DNA of 64,000 bases from Sedimentisphaerales bacterium (GTDB taxonomy: Bacteria; Planctomycetota; Phycisphaerae; Sedimentisphaerales; Anaerobacaceae). The stretch lies in assembly GCA_963708075.1 (NCBI GenBank), contig OY970194.1, positions 3,136,001-3,200,000 of the forward strand. The letters are read 5' to 3'. Made by a program: the position numbers and the translations under genes. Numbering within the stretch: the stretch's first letter is position 1; every line of letters starts with the position of its first letter. Shown here piece by piece: positions 40,437 through 50,861 of the stretch. Below the pieces are notes generated by a model, which saw only the letters and a list, made by a program, of their open reading frames with translations, was not told where the DNA came from and searched no databases.

Positions 40437-40468
40437 AAAAGAAAAGGTGGGGACAAGCCCCACCCTAT
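40437..40468 (-). terminator. Hairpin terminator / partial GTAG-type REP after the ThuA gene
   Basis: Minus strand ATAGGGTGGGGCTTGTCCCCACC followed by TTTTCTTTT. Confidence 0.65.
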
Positions 40469-40478
40469 ATGCTCGCAC

Positions 40479-40513
40479 AAATCGGCAATCTGAAATCCGA
40501 AATCCGCAATCGG
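40479..40513 (+). repeat. Heptamer tandem repeat (C/A)AATC(C/G/T)G x5, intergenic
   Basis: AAATCGG CAATCTG AAATCCG AAATCCG CAATCGG. Confidence 0.85.
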
Positions 40514-40520
40514 AAGGCGG

Positions 40521-41273
40521 CTAGTCCGTCACTTTTCCCTTCGCGGCCCACTCGGTGCCTCGGATGATGATCTTCTGGACGCTGGGGGTCATCAGGGCTT
40601 TGCGGTCATGGCCGTAGGCGTTGTGGACGACGCGGCCCTGGCCGTAGCTCTTCACAAAGACCAACGGCTCAGTCTTCTTGCTCCAGTCGGAGTCGGCTTG
40701 GACGAGAACGTGGATTTCCTCGGTGCCTTGCAGCTTGGCGTACAGTTCATCGTTGGTCGTGAAGTCGGTCAGGCCCTTGGTGATCGGGTGCTCTTTGTCA
40801 ACGATTTTCGACATGAAGTCGCTGCGAGGGCCATGGCCGGAGGTGCCCATCACCCACTTGCGGCCGCAGAGCTTGCCGAACTCCTCCCACTTCGGGAATG
40901 AGGCGGTGGCCAAGTGCTGGACGAAGAAGCCCTTGCCGCTCTTGACGTAGTTGAGCAGGTTCTCCTGAGCCTGGCCGGGCAGTTCCCCGAGCTTCTGGGC
41001 ATAGATCGTGAACACGATCACGTCATAGTTCTTAAGGGCGGTCGCGGACTCGAGGATCAGCGGGTCCTCACTGACCTTGACGTCGAATTTGCCGGATCCG
41101 ACGAGGATTTCGCGCGTGGTCTCGGATATTTCCCGCCAGGGGTGGGCGCCGACATCATCGCCGGTGATCAGGAGGACCTTGATCTGGGCCGGCTTCTCAG
41201 CCGGATTGGCCCCCATGCAAAACACCACCCCCAGAACCGCCAACAGAGCTACAACTCTCAGTGAATACCGCAT
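40521..41273 (-). CDS. ThuA (trehalose utilisation-like) domain protein, secreted
   Basis: KVLLITG...HPW, HPITKGL, DELY, GQGRVVHNAYGHD. Confidence 0.9.
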   Translation of the reverse strand: MRYSLRVVALLAVLGVVFCMGANPAEKPAQIKVLLITGDDVGAHPWREISETTREILVGSGKFDVKVSEDPLILESATALKNYDVIVFTIYAQKLGELPGQAQENLLNYVKSGKGFFVQHLATASFPKWEEFGKLCGRKWVMGTSGHGPRSDFMSKIVDKEHPITKGLTDFTTNDELYAKLQGTEEIHVLVQADSDWSKKTEPLVFVKSYGQGRVVHNAYGHDRKALMTPSVQKIIIRGTEWAAKGKVTD

Positions 41274-41678
41274 GTCATTTCTCCTTCTCTGTTAAGAATC
41301 CTCGACCCGATCACTGCCGCGGACCAATCCATTCGGTTCGGCCCGCTCGTGCAGATTCTACCGACGGACGTGTGACAGGCAAATCCAAAAAGACCAGGCC
41401 GTGACATAAATGCGGTCCCGGCACGGGTGCACGACAAAAAAGTGGCACTCGATCCGGGTGGCAGCGTCAAGGCCGAAGGCCTTGGCGATGGTTATGCTGC
41501 GTCCGAGGCAGGCCATCGCCAAGCTGCGCTTGACGCTGCCACCCAAGAGTCTCATCCTCGCTCTGCCACAATCTTGTCGTACACCCCCCGGCACAGGAGC
41601 GGCGGAATCCACTTGACCGGTGGACCAATCGTTGATAGCCTCGGGCAGCATTTTAGATGGTCCTGCTGGAGCGAGCAC

Positions 41679-42833
41679 ATGGTGCAGGTTCCTGAGAATT
41701 CGAGAGACATTGAGAGGTGGCTCAAGCTGATCCGGGCGGATGAAGTCGGGCCGGTGACGTTTGCCCGGCTGTTGAAGTACTTCGGCTCGGTGGATGCAGC
41801 CCTGGGAGCCCCGGTCGGCAGGCTGATGAAGGTCGAAGGGGTCGGCTCGGTGACAGCCGAGCGGATCGCTGCCAGCCGGGACAAATTCGACGCCTGTGCG
41901 GAACTGGAGCTGGCGACAAAGGCCGGGGTCTGGCTCCTGCATATGGAGGACCCGCGTTACCCACCCGTGCTCAAGCAGATCTACGATCCGCCGCCGGTGC
42001 TGTACGTCAAGGGTACGTTGTGCCGGGAGGATAATCTCGCTGTCGCCATCGTGGGGTCGCGCCGGTGCAGCCTTTACGGGCAGGAGCAGGCATCACGTCT
42101 GGCGCATCTGCTTGCCGCCGCAGGCTTTACAATCATATCGGGCATGGCCCGTGGGATCGACACCGCTGCTCATACCGGTGCCCTGGCAGGCGAAGGCAGG
42201 ACCATCGCCGTGCAGGGTTGCGGCCTATCTCGCGTGTTTCCGCCGGAAAATGCAAAGCTTTTCGAGTTGATAAGTGCTTCCGGCGCCTGCATTTGCGAGC
42301 TGCCGGTGCGGGCTGAGCCATTGGCCGAGCACTTCCCGCCCCGTAACCGGATCATTGCCGGGCTGAGTCTTGCTACTATTGTCGTTGAGGCCGGACTGCG
42401 ATCCGGTGCCCTGATTACCGCCAAAACCGCCTTGGAGAGCAACCGCGAGGTGATGGCGGTACCAGGCAAGGTCGATTCTCCGCTGAGCCAGGGGCCTCAT
42501 TACCTCATCAAGCAAGGGGCGAAGCTCATCGAATCGGTCGAGGACGTGATGGAGGCGCTCGGATACGTTGGTGAGCAGCTCAAGGAGCACACAGCCGCTG
42601 CCGCCAGGGAAGCCACCGGAAAGGTCGAGGCCCCTCTATTCGACACGGCGAAATTCAACCTCAAGGGCCACGAGAAGACGGTCCACGATTTCCTCGGCAG
42701 AGAGCCTCTGCACATTGACCAGATCATTACGGATGTGAACCTTCCGGCCGGCGTAGTCAACGCCAGCCTTGTATCTCTGCGGCTCAAAGGCATTATCAAG
42801 CAGTTGCCCGGTAACCTCTTTGTACGGCGTTAG
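41679..42833 (+). CDS. dprA: DNA-processing protein DprA
   Basis: YPPVLKQIYDPPPVLYVKG, AIVGSR, SGMARGIDTAAH, FPPRNRIIAGLS, SGALITA; C-terminal winged helix. Confidence 0.97.
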   Translation: MVQVPENSRDIERWLKLIRADEVGPVTFARLLKYFGSVDAALGAPVGRLMKVEGVGSVTAERIAASRDKFDACAELELATKAGVWLLHMEDPRYPPVLKQIYDPPPVLYVKGTLCREDNLAVAIVGSRRCSLYGQEQASRLAHLLAAAGFTIISGMARGIDTAAHTGALAGEGRTIAVQGCGLSRVFPPENAKLFELISASGACICELPVRAEPLAEHFPPRNRIIAGLSLATIVVEAGLRSGALITAKTALESNREVMAVPGKVDSPLSQGPHYLIKQGAKLIESVEDVMEALGYVGEQLKEHTAAAAREATGKVEAPLFDTAKFNLKGHEKTVHDFLGREPLHIDQIITDVNLPAGVVNASLVSLRLKGIIKQLPGNLFVRR

Positions 42834-43201
42834 TTACGATAGGCACTGATCCCAGCCATTGGCCGGCCTGCCCCCGGCTCCATCCACCACAGGCGGCATG
42901 TACGATCTATCTCCCGAACTCAGTCCCAATAACACCTGCAATAAAGCGGGCTTACCGGGCGTCGAATACTGTGAGTGCCATAACAGCACTTTGGACAACG
43001 ACAGGCTGATGTGAAAGGCACAGGGAGGCTGGTTATCATTAGACGTACTAATGCAATAGCAAGAATACCTAATAGAAAGAGGACGGAACACGAGCAGCTC
43101 CATTTATCGGTCCTTACCATAAGTACTTATTCTACAACGACTTACGTACATCCCATATGGAGCATGGTTCATATTTCTCAGTTCCTGTCCAATAACAATG
43201 G

Positions 43202-43230
43202 TTGACTACGGGAACGCAATTTGCTAACAT
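43202..43230 (+). promoter_or_regulatory. Putative sigma70 promoter of folC (near-leaderless)
   Basis: TTGACT-17 bp-TAACAT with TGn; ATG 10 bp downstream. Confidence 0.5.
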
Positions 43231-43239
43231 GGCGGATTC

Positions 43240-44673
43240 ATGGCCAAGACAATAAGGACAACCGGTAAGAAGCGTACAGGAAGGAGCTCTTCCAAGGTCG
43301 CGTCGATAAAAGCCCAGAAGGCTTTTAGCAACTATAAAGAAGCGATCGCCTACCTGTTTGATAGGACCGACTACGAGAAGGAAGAGCGCGTCCGTTACAA
43401 CGTAACGACCTTCAGCCTCGAGCGGATGGAGAAGCTGCTGTCGCTCGTCGGCGATCCCCACACCAAGATCAAAACGGTGCATATCGCCGGTACGAAGGGC
43501 AAAGGCTCGACAGCCACGATGCTGGCCAAGATGCTTGAGGCGAACGGGCTGACCGTAGGCCTGTACACCTCTCCGCATCTGGTCCACCTGCATGAGCGAA
43601 TCGTGGTGAACTCGCAGATGATCAGCGAGGCGGAGATGCTGGAGCTGCTCAATCGTATCTACGGTCCTGTGGAGAAGTTGACCAAGACAGACCCACCCAC
43701 ATTTTTCGAGATCATGACGACGCTGGCCTTCCTGCACTTCGCGGACCGCAAGATCGATATCGGCGTGATCGAGACGGGCATGGGCGGCCGGCTGGACAGC
43801 ACGAACGTCATTTTGCCGGAAGTCGTTGGCATTACAAGCCTTAGCATCGACCACAAATTGCAGCTCGGCGAAACGCTCGACCTGATCGCGATGGAGAAGG
43901 CCGGTGTGTTGAAGCGTGGCGTGCCTGCCATCACGGTGGAGCAGGAGCCGATGGCCATGAATGTGCTTCGGGCACAGGCTACGGCCATGAAGGCCCCGCT
44001 GAGCGTAACGGGCAGCGATATCGATTTCTCCTGTCGATTCGAGACGTCGCGCGAGCATGGGCCGCACACACGCATCTGCCTGACTACCCCCACAAGCCGA
44101 TTCGAGCACCTTCGCGTGCCCCTGCATGGCCGGCATCAGGCCATCAATTGCGGGCTGGCCCTGGCCTTGCTGGACAAGCTCAAAGCCGCCGGCTACGAGA
44201 TCGACAACGACAAGGCTGCCGCCGGACTCAACGATGTGCGGCTGGCCGGCCGGATGGAAATGATCTGCGAAGATCCTCGCATTATGATCGACGGCGCACA
44301 CAATGCCGCCAGCATTCGCGCGCTCATCCATGCCATCGGCCAGAACATCCCCTACGATTCCATGGTCGTCATTTTCGGGTGCAACAGCGACAAGGACATC
44401 AAGGGCATGCTGGCGGAGCTTCAGTACGGGGCCGACAAGGTCATTTTCACACGAAGCAATTCGGTAAAGGCCACGTCGCCGCAGGATCTGGCAGATGCGT
44501 ACACGGAGCTTTGCGGCAAGATGTGCCAGACCGCCAGTTGTCTCGGCGAAGCGCTGCAACTCGCCCGCAGCGCCATCGGCAGAGAAGACCTGATCTGCAT
44601 CACGGGCAGTTTCTACCTGATTGGCCAGGCAAAGGTCCGCTTCCAACCCCGCATGGTTTCGGTCACCTCGTGA
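43240..44673 (+). CDS. folC: Folylpolyglutamate synthase/dihydrofolate synthase
   Basis: HIAGTKGKGST, YTSPHL...ERI, TFFE, ETGMGGRLDSTN, DGAHN, TGSFYL. Confidence 0.96.
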   Translation: MAKTIRTTGKKRTGRSSSKVASIKAQKAFSNYKEAIAYLFDRTDYEKEERVRYNVTTFSLERMEKLLSLVGDPHTKIKTVHIAGTKGKGSTATMLAKMLEANGLTVGLYTSPHLVHLHERIVVNSQMISEAEMLELLNRIYGPVEKLTKTDPPTFFEIMTTLAFLHFADRKIDIGVIETGMGGRLDSTNVILPEVVGITSLSIDHKLQLGETLDLIAMEKAGVLKRGVPAITVEQEPMAMNVLRAQATAMKAPLSVTGSDIDFSCRFETSREHGPHTRICLTTPTSRFEHLRVPLHGRHQAINCGLALALLDKLKAAGYEIDNDKAAAGLNDVRLAGRMEMICEDPRIMIDGAHNAASIRALIHAIGQNIPYDSMVVIFGCNSDKDIKGMLAELQYGADKVIFTRSNSVKATSPQDLADAYTELCGKMCQTASCLGEALQLARSAIGREDLICITGSFYLIGQAKVRFQPRMVSVTS

Positions 44674-44838
44674 TCGCACGCAACTGCGGCCGCATGTTCC
44701 GAAGAAATTGACAAGCCCAATCAGCCCCTGCGCCGTGCGTGTTTTATAGTTGACGATCCCCGCGTCGGACCTTTTAATCTCTTTCTCGTACGCCGTTTGT
44801 GACGGTGCGATGAACGAGCTTGCGAGAAGGAGCAGGCG

Positions 44839-46314
44839 ATGGCGAAGAAGACCAACTATATCGCAGTGGACCTGGGCGCCGAGAGCGGGCGAGTCATGCT
44901 CGGTCGCATTACCGACGGGCGATTGACCCTCGAACAAATTCACCGCTTCAGTAACGGCCCGGTGGATGAACAAGGGTCCCTGCGGTGGGACTTCGACCGG
45001 CTGCTGTCGGAGATCAAGACCGGCATCGGCCAGGCGGTGAAGAAGGCCGACGGCCGGGCCCACGGCATCGGGGTAGACACCTGGGGCGTGGACTTCGGCC
45101 TGCTCGGGGCCGACGGGCAGCTCATCGAGAAGCCCTACCACTACCGCGACAGCCGAACCAACGGCATGATGGACAAGGCCTTCACGCTCATGCCGAAACG
45201 CCGGATCTATGAGAGCACCGGCATTCAATTCATGCAGCTCAACTCGCTCTACCAAGTCCTCGCGATGCGACTGGCGAATTCGCCCGCGTTGGCCAGGACC
45301 GAGCGGCTGTTGTTCATGGCGGACCTGTTCACGTATTTCCTCTGCGGCAAGGCTGTCGGTGAGTACACGCTGGCAAGCACCTCGCAGATGATGGATATGA
45401 AGACCGGCCTGTGGTCACAGGCGATTTTCGATGAGCTCTCGCTGCCCAGGAAGGTCATGCCGGAGATCGTCATGCCCGGGACAGTCGTCGGTGACCTGAC
45501 GGACGCAGTGGCAAAGGAAATCGGCTGTCCGAAGATCCCCGTCATCGCGATCGGCTCGCACGATACGGCGTCGGCCGTGCTGGGCGTACCCGCCGCCGGC
45601 GAGAGGTGGGCATACCTGTCCTCGGGGACATGGAGCCTGATGGGCGTCGAGCTGCCCAATGCCGTTGTCAATGACAAATCGTTCAAATACGAGTTCACCA
45701 ATGAAGGCGGCGTGGAGAATACGATTCGCCTTCTGAAAAACATCATGGGACTGTGGCTGGTGCAGGAATGCAAGCGTCAGTGGCAGCGGGAGGGCCAGGA
45801 CCTTTCCTATGGCGAGCTGACGAAAATGGCTGTGGCGGCCAAGCCGTTCTTCGGACACGTCGAATGCGACCGCAGCGAGTTTCTGGCGCCGGGCGACATG
45901 CCGGGGCGAATCAACAAGTATCTCGCCGAGACCGCCCAGAAGCCCACGCAGGATAAGGGCCAGATGGTTCGCCTGATCCTCGAAAGCCTCGCCCTCAAGT
46001 ACCGCTCGGTTCTCAACGCCATTGAGGACGTCACGGGGCAGACCGTGGATGTCCTGCACATCGTCGGCGGCGGGATCCAGAACGAGCTGCTGTGCCAGTT
46101 CACCGCCAACGCCATCGGCAAAAAGGTCGTCACCGGCCCCATTGAGGCCACGGCCATCGGCAACATCCTGATGCAGGCCAAGGCCGCCGGCCAGCTCAAG
46201 AGCATCGATGAGGCCCGCACGGTCATCCGAAACTCGTTCGAGCTGAAAGAGTACCAGCCGCAGGATACGGCCCTCTGGGACAAGCAGTACAAGAAGTCCT
46301 CAGGAAACAAGTGA
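44839..46314 (+). CDS. rhaB: Rhamnulokinase
   Basis: AVDLGAESGR, GVDTWGVD, YRDSRT, SHDTASA, SSGTWSLMG, NIMGLWL, GGGIQN. Confidence 0.93.
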   Translation: MAKKTNYIAVDLGAESGRVMLGRITDGRLTLEQIHRFSNGPVDEQGSLRWDFDRLLSEIKTGIGQAVKKADGRAHGIGVDTWGVDFGLLGADGQLIEKPYHYRDSRTNGMMDKAFTLMPKRRIYESTGIQFMQLNSLYQVLAMRLANSPALARTERLLFMADLFTYFLCGKAVGEYTLASTSQMMDMKTGLWSQAIFDELSLPRKVMPEIVMPGTVVGDLTDAVAKEIGCPKIPVIAIGSHDTASAVLGVPAAGERWAYLSSGTWSLMGVELPNAVVNDKSFKYEFTNEGGVENTIRLLKNIMGLWLVQECKRQWQREGQDLSYGELTKMAVAAKPFFGHVECDRSEFLAPGDMPGRINKYLAETAQKPTQDKGQMVRLILESLALKYRSVLNAIEDVTGQTVDVLHIVGGGIQNELLCQFTANAIGKKVVTGPIEATAIGNILMQAKAAGQLKSIDEARTVIRNSFELKEYQPQDTALWDKQYKKSSGNK

Positions 46315-46317
46315 TGG

Positions 46318-46340
46318 ATTCCCGCCTGTGCGGGAATGAC
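46318..46340. repeat. ATTCCC-N8-GGGAAT palindrome (dRS3-like repeat)
   Basis: GGATTCCCGCCTGTGCGGGAATGAC directly after the rhaB stop codon. Confidence 0.7.
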
Positions 46341-46389
46341 AAATCATGTTGAGTTGGAGGACGCAAGTGGAGGGAAGGAGACAGGGATT

Positions 46390-47715
46390 TTGATTGAGAA
46401 ACTCGAACAGCAGTTGGACAGCTTCGATCCTGCCGAACGCAAGGTTGCGCTGCTGGCCCTGCTTGAGAAGGTAAAGGCCGGGGAGCTCGCTCTTTGCGAG
46501 TCCTGCAACGCCGTGAACATTCATTGCCACACGTTCTTCTCGTACAACGCCTACGGTTACTCGCCGACGAAATTTGCCTGGTTGGCCCGCAGGGAGGGGC
46601 TGGCGGTGGCGGGTACGACGGATTTCGATGTGCTCGACGCGCTCGATGAATTTCGCGAGGCCTGCCGGCTGCTGGACCTCAAGGGCTGTTCGGGCATGGA
46701 GACGCGCGTTTATGTGCCCGAGTTTGCCACGCGGGTGATCAACTCGCCGGGCGAGCCGGGCATCTCCTACCACATGGGCGTCGGCTTCCCAAGCTCGAAG
46801 GTGCCGGAGTCGCAACAGTCTTTCCTGCGGGGCCTTAAGGAAACCGCCCAGCAGCGAAACCGCGAGTTGATGGCGCGGGTAAATCGATATCTCAGTCCCG
46901 TGGAGATCGATTACGAGCGCGACGTGCTCATCCTCACGCCCGCAGGCAACGCGACCGAGCGTCACATGTGCCTGGCGTACGCCCGCAAGGCCGTGGACAT
47001 CTTCGGCGAAACCCACAAGCTCATCGAGTTCTGGTCGCAGAAACTGGGCACCGACGCGGTGATGCTTGGGCTGCCCGAGGGACGCGACCTGCTCAACACG
47101 ATCCGCGCCAAGACGATGAAACGAGGCGGGGTCGGCTACGTCCAACCCGACAGGGGCTCATTTCCGCTCATGGCCGACACGAACCGTTTCATCCTTGCGG
47201 TGGGCGGAATGCCTGTGCATACGTGGCTCGACGGGTCCAGCGACGGCGAACAAGCCATTGAGGAGTTGCTCGACGTCGCCATGAGCACGGGGGCAGTGGC
47301 CATCAACGTGATCCCCGACCGCAACTACACGCCGGGCGCCCCGGATCAGAAAGTGAAGAACCTTTACCGCGTGATCGAGGTGGCTCAGCGCCGCCATCTC
47401 GTCGTGGTTGAGGGCACCGAGATGAACAGCCCGGGCCAGAAGTTCGTCGATGATTTCGACACCAAGGAGCTGGCCCCCCTGCTGCCGGTATTCCTGAAGG
47501 GCGCCCATATCGTCTATGCCCACTCGGTACTGCAACAACAGTGCGGCCTGGGATACACCAGCGCGTGGGCGGACAAGCACTTCGGCACCGCCGAGCGAAA
47601 GAACGCGTTCTTCGAGCAGGTCGGCGCGACCTTGAGGCCGCGACAAGAAGACAGCCTCGCAGGATTCAAGCATACCAGGACGCCCGGAGACGTGCTGAAG
47701 ATGATACGGGCGTAA
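46390..47715 (+). CDS. PHP-domain-like protein
   Basis: NIHCHTFFSYN, GTTDFD, GMETR; start probably TTG at 46390 after GGAAGGAG SD. Confidence 0.75.
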   Translation: MIEKLEQQLDSFDPAERKVALLALLEKVKAGELALCESCNAVNIHCHTFFSYNAYGYSPTKFAWLARREGLAVAGTTDFDVLDALDEFREACRLLDLKGCSGMETRVYVPEFATRVINSPGEPGISYHMGVGFPSSKVPESQQSFLRGLKETAQQRNRELMARVNRYLSPVEIDYERDVLILTPAGNATERHMCLAYARKAVDIFGETHKLIEFWSQKLGTDAVMLGLPEGRDLLNTIRAKTMKRGGVGYVQPDRGSFPLMADTNRFILAVGGMPVHTWLDGSSDGEQAIEELLDVAMSTGAVAINVIPDRNYTPGAPDQKVKNLYRVIEVAQRRHLVVVEGTEMNSPGQKFVDDFDTKELAPLLPVFLKGAHIVYAHSVLQQQCGLGYTSAWADKHFGTAERKNAFFEQVGATLRPRQEDSLAGFKHTRTPGDVLKMIRA

Positions 47716-47759
47716 TGCGCATGGCTGGCTCATCATAGGGCAAAGGATAGACAACGCAC

Positions 47760-49433
47760 ATGAAGGCGAACATACCCGACAAGCAATATGCAGTGCAATT
47801 GGTGGGGCCGGATCAGCTCACGTTGAACAAGGCGAAGGAGGTCTTTCGGCCCGGGCCGCACCAGATTCTGGCGAAGGTGGAAGTCGTCGGCCTGTGCTTC
47901 TCGGATTTGAAGCTGCTCAAGCAGTTCACCGGCCACGTCCGCAAGGGCCCCGTCGTGGAGGGTGTCGATCTCGACATTCTCAAGGACATCCCGAGCTACG
48001 TGCCGGATACAGCGCCGACAGTCCCGGGGCATGAGACGGTGGTTCGCATCGCCGCCGTCGGGCCGGGCGTGGAGAGGCACAAGCCCGGCGAGCGATACCT
48101 CGTGCAGACCGACTATCGCTGGCTCCGCACAGCCACCTCCAATGCCGCCTTCGGATACAACTTCGAGGGCGCCCTGCAGGAATATGTTCTGATGGATGAG
48201 CGGGTCATCACTGCCCCAGATGGCGAATCGATGCTCATCCCGGCGCGCGAGGACAAATCGGGCTCGGCAATTGCCCTGGCGGAGCCCTGGGCGTGCGTTG
48301 AGGATGCGTACGTCTCGAAGGAACGGACCACGCTCAAGGCGGGCGGCCGGATGCTGATCGTCGTGGATGCAGAGATTGGGAGCGGCCGGATGAGCAATCT
48401 CTTCCGCCGACACGGCACTCCCGGCAAGATCACATGGGTCTCCAAATTGACGCCGCCGGCGGACCTTGGGGTCCCGGTGACCCGCGCCAAGTATGTCGAT
48501 GGGCTTGAGGACGCCGCCTATGACGACGTCATCTACTTCGGGGCGAACCCGCGTACGGCGGAAACGCTCTTCGCGAAGGTCGCCGCCAATGGCTTGCTGA
48601 ACGTCGTCTTGGGCGGCGATCGCTTCGGCCGGCCGGTCGTGACCATGGTCGGCCGGGTTCACTACGGCGGGATTCGCATCATCGGCACGGCCGGGTCCGA
48701 TCCCGCCGACTCCATGAAGTATATCCCGAAAACCGGCGAGATCCGCCGCGACGATCGTGTCAACGTCGTCGGCGCCGGCGGGCCCATGGGAATGATGCAC
48801 GTCATTCGCAACATCTGTCAGGGCGTGGATGGCGTAAGCGTGTTCGCGGGGGACGTGGATGACAACCGGCTGGCCGCGCTGACGAAGATCGCCCAGCCGC
48901 TGGCCGAGAAAAATGATGTCGAGTACAACACGTACAATGCAAAGGATGGGCAGACCCCGGAGGACTGCACCTACACGGTACTGATGGCGCCTGTGCCTGA
49001 GCTGGTAGCGGCCGCTGTGCACAACTCCGCGCCCCGGGGCATCATCAACATCTTCGCGGGTATACCGGCGACCATCACCGGAGAAATCGATGTGGACGCC
49101 TATGTGGAGAAGCGGCTGTACTTCATCGGGACCAGCGGCTCGACCCTGGATGACATGAAACGCATGTTGGAGAAGGTCGAGACGGGCCGGCTGGACACCA
49201 ACGTGAGCGTGGCCGCCATCTCCGGCCTGGATGGCGCTGTCGAAGGTATTCGGGCTGTGGAGAATCGTTCCATCGCCGGCAAGATCATGGTGTACCCGGC
49301 GTGCAAGGGCCTCGGCCTGACACGGTTGGAGGAACTCGCCACTAAGATGCCCGATGTGGCCGCGGCCTTGAAAGATGGCCTCTGGACCGCCGAAGCAGAG
49401 AAGAAATTACTCGAAGAGCATTCAACCAAGTAG
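47760..49433 (+). CDS. Zinc-binding (MDR) dehydrogenase, L-sorbose-1-phosphate-reductase-like, extended (557 aa)
   Basis: GLCFSD, PGHE, LAEPWAC, GAGGPMG, GTSGS, GKIMVYP. Confidence 0.85.
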   Translation: MKANIPDKQYAVQLVGPDQLTLNKAKEVFRPGPHQILAKVEVVGLCFSDLKLLKQFTGHVRKGPVVEGVDLDILKDIPSYVPDTAPTVPGHETVVRIAAVGPGVERHKPGERYLVQTDYRWLRTATSNAAFGYNFEGALQEYVLMDERVITAPDGESMLIPAREDKSGSAIALAEPWACVEDAYVSKERTTLKAGGRMLIVVDAEIGSGRMSNLFRRHGTPGKITWVSKLTPPADLGVPVTRAKYVDGLEDAAYDDVIYFGANPRTAETLFAKVAANGLLNVVLGGDRFGRPVVTMVGRVHYGGIRIIGTAGSDPADSMKYIPKTGEIRRDDRVNVVGAGGPMGMMHVIRNICQGVDGVSVFAGDVDDNRLAALTKIAQPLAEKNDVEYNTYNAKDGQTPEDCTYTVLMAPVPELVAAAVHNSAPRGIINIFAGIPATITGEIDVDAYVEKRLYFIGTSGSTLDDMKRMLEKVETGRLDTNVSVAAISGLDGAVEGIRAVENRSIAGKIMVYPACKGLGLTRLEELATKMPDVAAALKDGLWTAEAEKKLLEEHSTK

Positions 49434-49504
49434 GGTGGGTTCTCAACCCACGCGCCAGGGTGTGCACTGACCGAGCCAACGCGTGGGTCAAGGACCCACC
49501 CTAC
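49430..49504. repeat. GTAG-type REP doublet (inverted pair)
   Basis: GTAGGGTGGGTTCTCAACCCACGC ... GCGTGGGTCAAGGACCCACCCTAC. Confidence 0.88.
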
Positions 49505-49555
49505 AAACCGACACAGGTTCGTGACAAGGTTCTGTGAAATGGAAAGGACACGAGG

Positions 49556-50776
49556 ATGAAAGGCAAGGGGAGAATCACATCACATCAGTTGCACCATCGA
49601 TACGGAACGTGCATATTCACGCTGCTGACCGTCTGTGCTTTGATTTGCCTGGCGGCCACGGACCTGTTCGCGCAGGGCCGGGCGTTCAACGGCTTGGATA
49701 TGGACATGGGCAACCTGGCGCGACTGTCGAACGCCAAGACACGCTCGATCAGCCCGGAGAATTTCACCGGCGAGAAGGGCAAGGCCGGTATGGCCACCGA
49801 GGGCACCGGTAAGAACGCCGCCCGTGACCTGGGCCAGGGCTGGAAGGTTTCGCCCTCGGTGCGAATTCCGGCGAAATCCACGTTCACCATGGGCGAGATC
49901 AACGGCTCCGGCGCGATCCAGCAGATCTGGATGACGCCCGCCCCGCTCGACAAGACGCAGATCTACATCCTCCGCCTCTACTGGGACGGTGAGACCACGC
50001 CCTCCGTGGAAGTGCCGATGAGCCATTTCTTCGCCTGCGGCTGGGGCAAGTACGCCCAGATCAACTCGCTGGCCGTGTGCGTGAATCCGGGCAGCGCATT
50101 CAACTGCTACTGGCCGATGCCCTTCCGCAAAAGCGCCAAGATCACGATGGAGAACCTCGACGACAAGGACATGGTGCTCTACTACCAGATCAACTACACG
50201 CTGACGGAAGTGCCGGAGAGCATGGCCTACTTCCACGCCCAGTACCGCCGCGAATCGCCGCTCAAGACCAAGGGCCTCTTCACCATCCTCGACGGCGTCC
50301 AGGGCCAGGGTCACTACGTCGGCACCTACCTCGCGTGGGAGGTTCATAGCCCGGGCTGGTGGGGTGAAGGCGAAATCAAGTTCTTCATGGACGGCGACAA
50401 GGAGTTCCCGACGATTTGCGGCACGGGGACCGAGGACTACTTCTGCGGCTCGTACAACTTCGAGAACCGCGAGATCAAGAAATACCAGACCTTCTCGACG
50501 CCCTACACCGGCCTCGCCCAAGTCCTCCCGCCGGACAAAATCTATGAGGTCGGCCAGCGGTTCGGGCTGTATCGCTGGCACGTCACCGACCCGGTCCGGT
50601 TCGAGAAAGACCTGCGCGTGACGATCCAGGCGCTCGGCTGGCAGAAAGACGGGAAGTATCTTCAGGAGGAAGACGACATCGCGGCAGTCGCGTACTGGTA
50701 CCAGGCAGAGCCGCACGCGGCGTTCCCCAAGCTGCCCGACCGAGAGGCGTTGAAGGTTGCGCCGCAACAACAATAG
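49556..50776 (+). CDS. GH172 (DUF2961) glycoside hydrolase
   Basis: [53 protein letters not shown]. Confidence 0.92.
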   Translation: MKGKGRITSHQLHHRYGTCIFTLLTVCALICLAATDLFAQGRAFNGLDMDMGNLARLSNAKTRSISPENFTGEKGKAGMATEGTGKNAARDLGQGWKVSPSVRIPAKSTFTMGEINGSGAIQQIWMTPAPLDKTQIYILRLYWDGETTPSVEVPMSHFFACGWGKYAQINSLAVCVNPGSAFNCYWPMPFRKSAKITMENLDDKDMVLYYQINYTLTEVPESMAYFHAQYRRESPLKTKGLFTILDGVQGQGHYVGTYLAWEVHSPGWWGEGEIKFFMDGDKEFPTICGTGTEDYFCGSYNFENREIKKYQTFSTPYTGLAQVLPPDKIYEVGQRFGLYRWHVTDPVRFEKDLRVTIQALGWQKDGKYLQEEDDIAAVAYWYQAEPHAAFPKLPDREALKVAPQQQ

Positions 50777-50791
50777 GATCCATCCGGGCAT

Positions 50792-50829
50792 CGGGTGCCA
50801 CGCTTACGCTTGCATAAGCATGGCACCCG
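50792..50829. repeat. REP-like palindrome (family A, short copy)
   Basis: CGGGTGCCACGCTTACGCTTGCATAAGCATGGCACCCG; related to 55041-55129. Confidence 0.85.
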
Positions 50830-50861
50830 GCCTGAGACAGATTGTCCGTGAAAGGAGCATC

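Noticed and set aside
42834..43103. 89-aa minus-strand ORF between dprA and folC
   Set aside because: Atypical composition, no motif; region looks like AT-rich promoter DNA.
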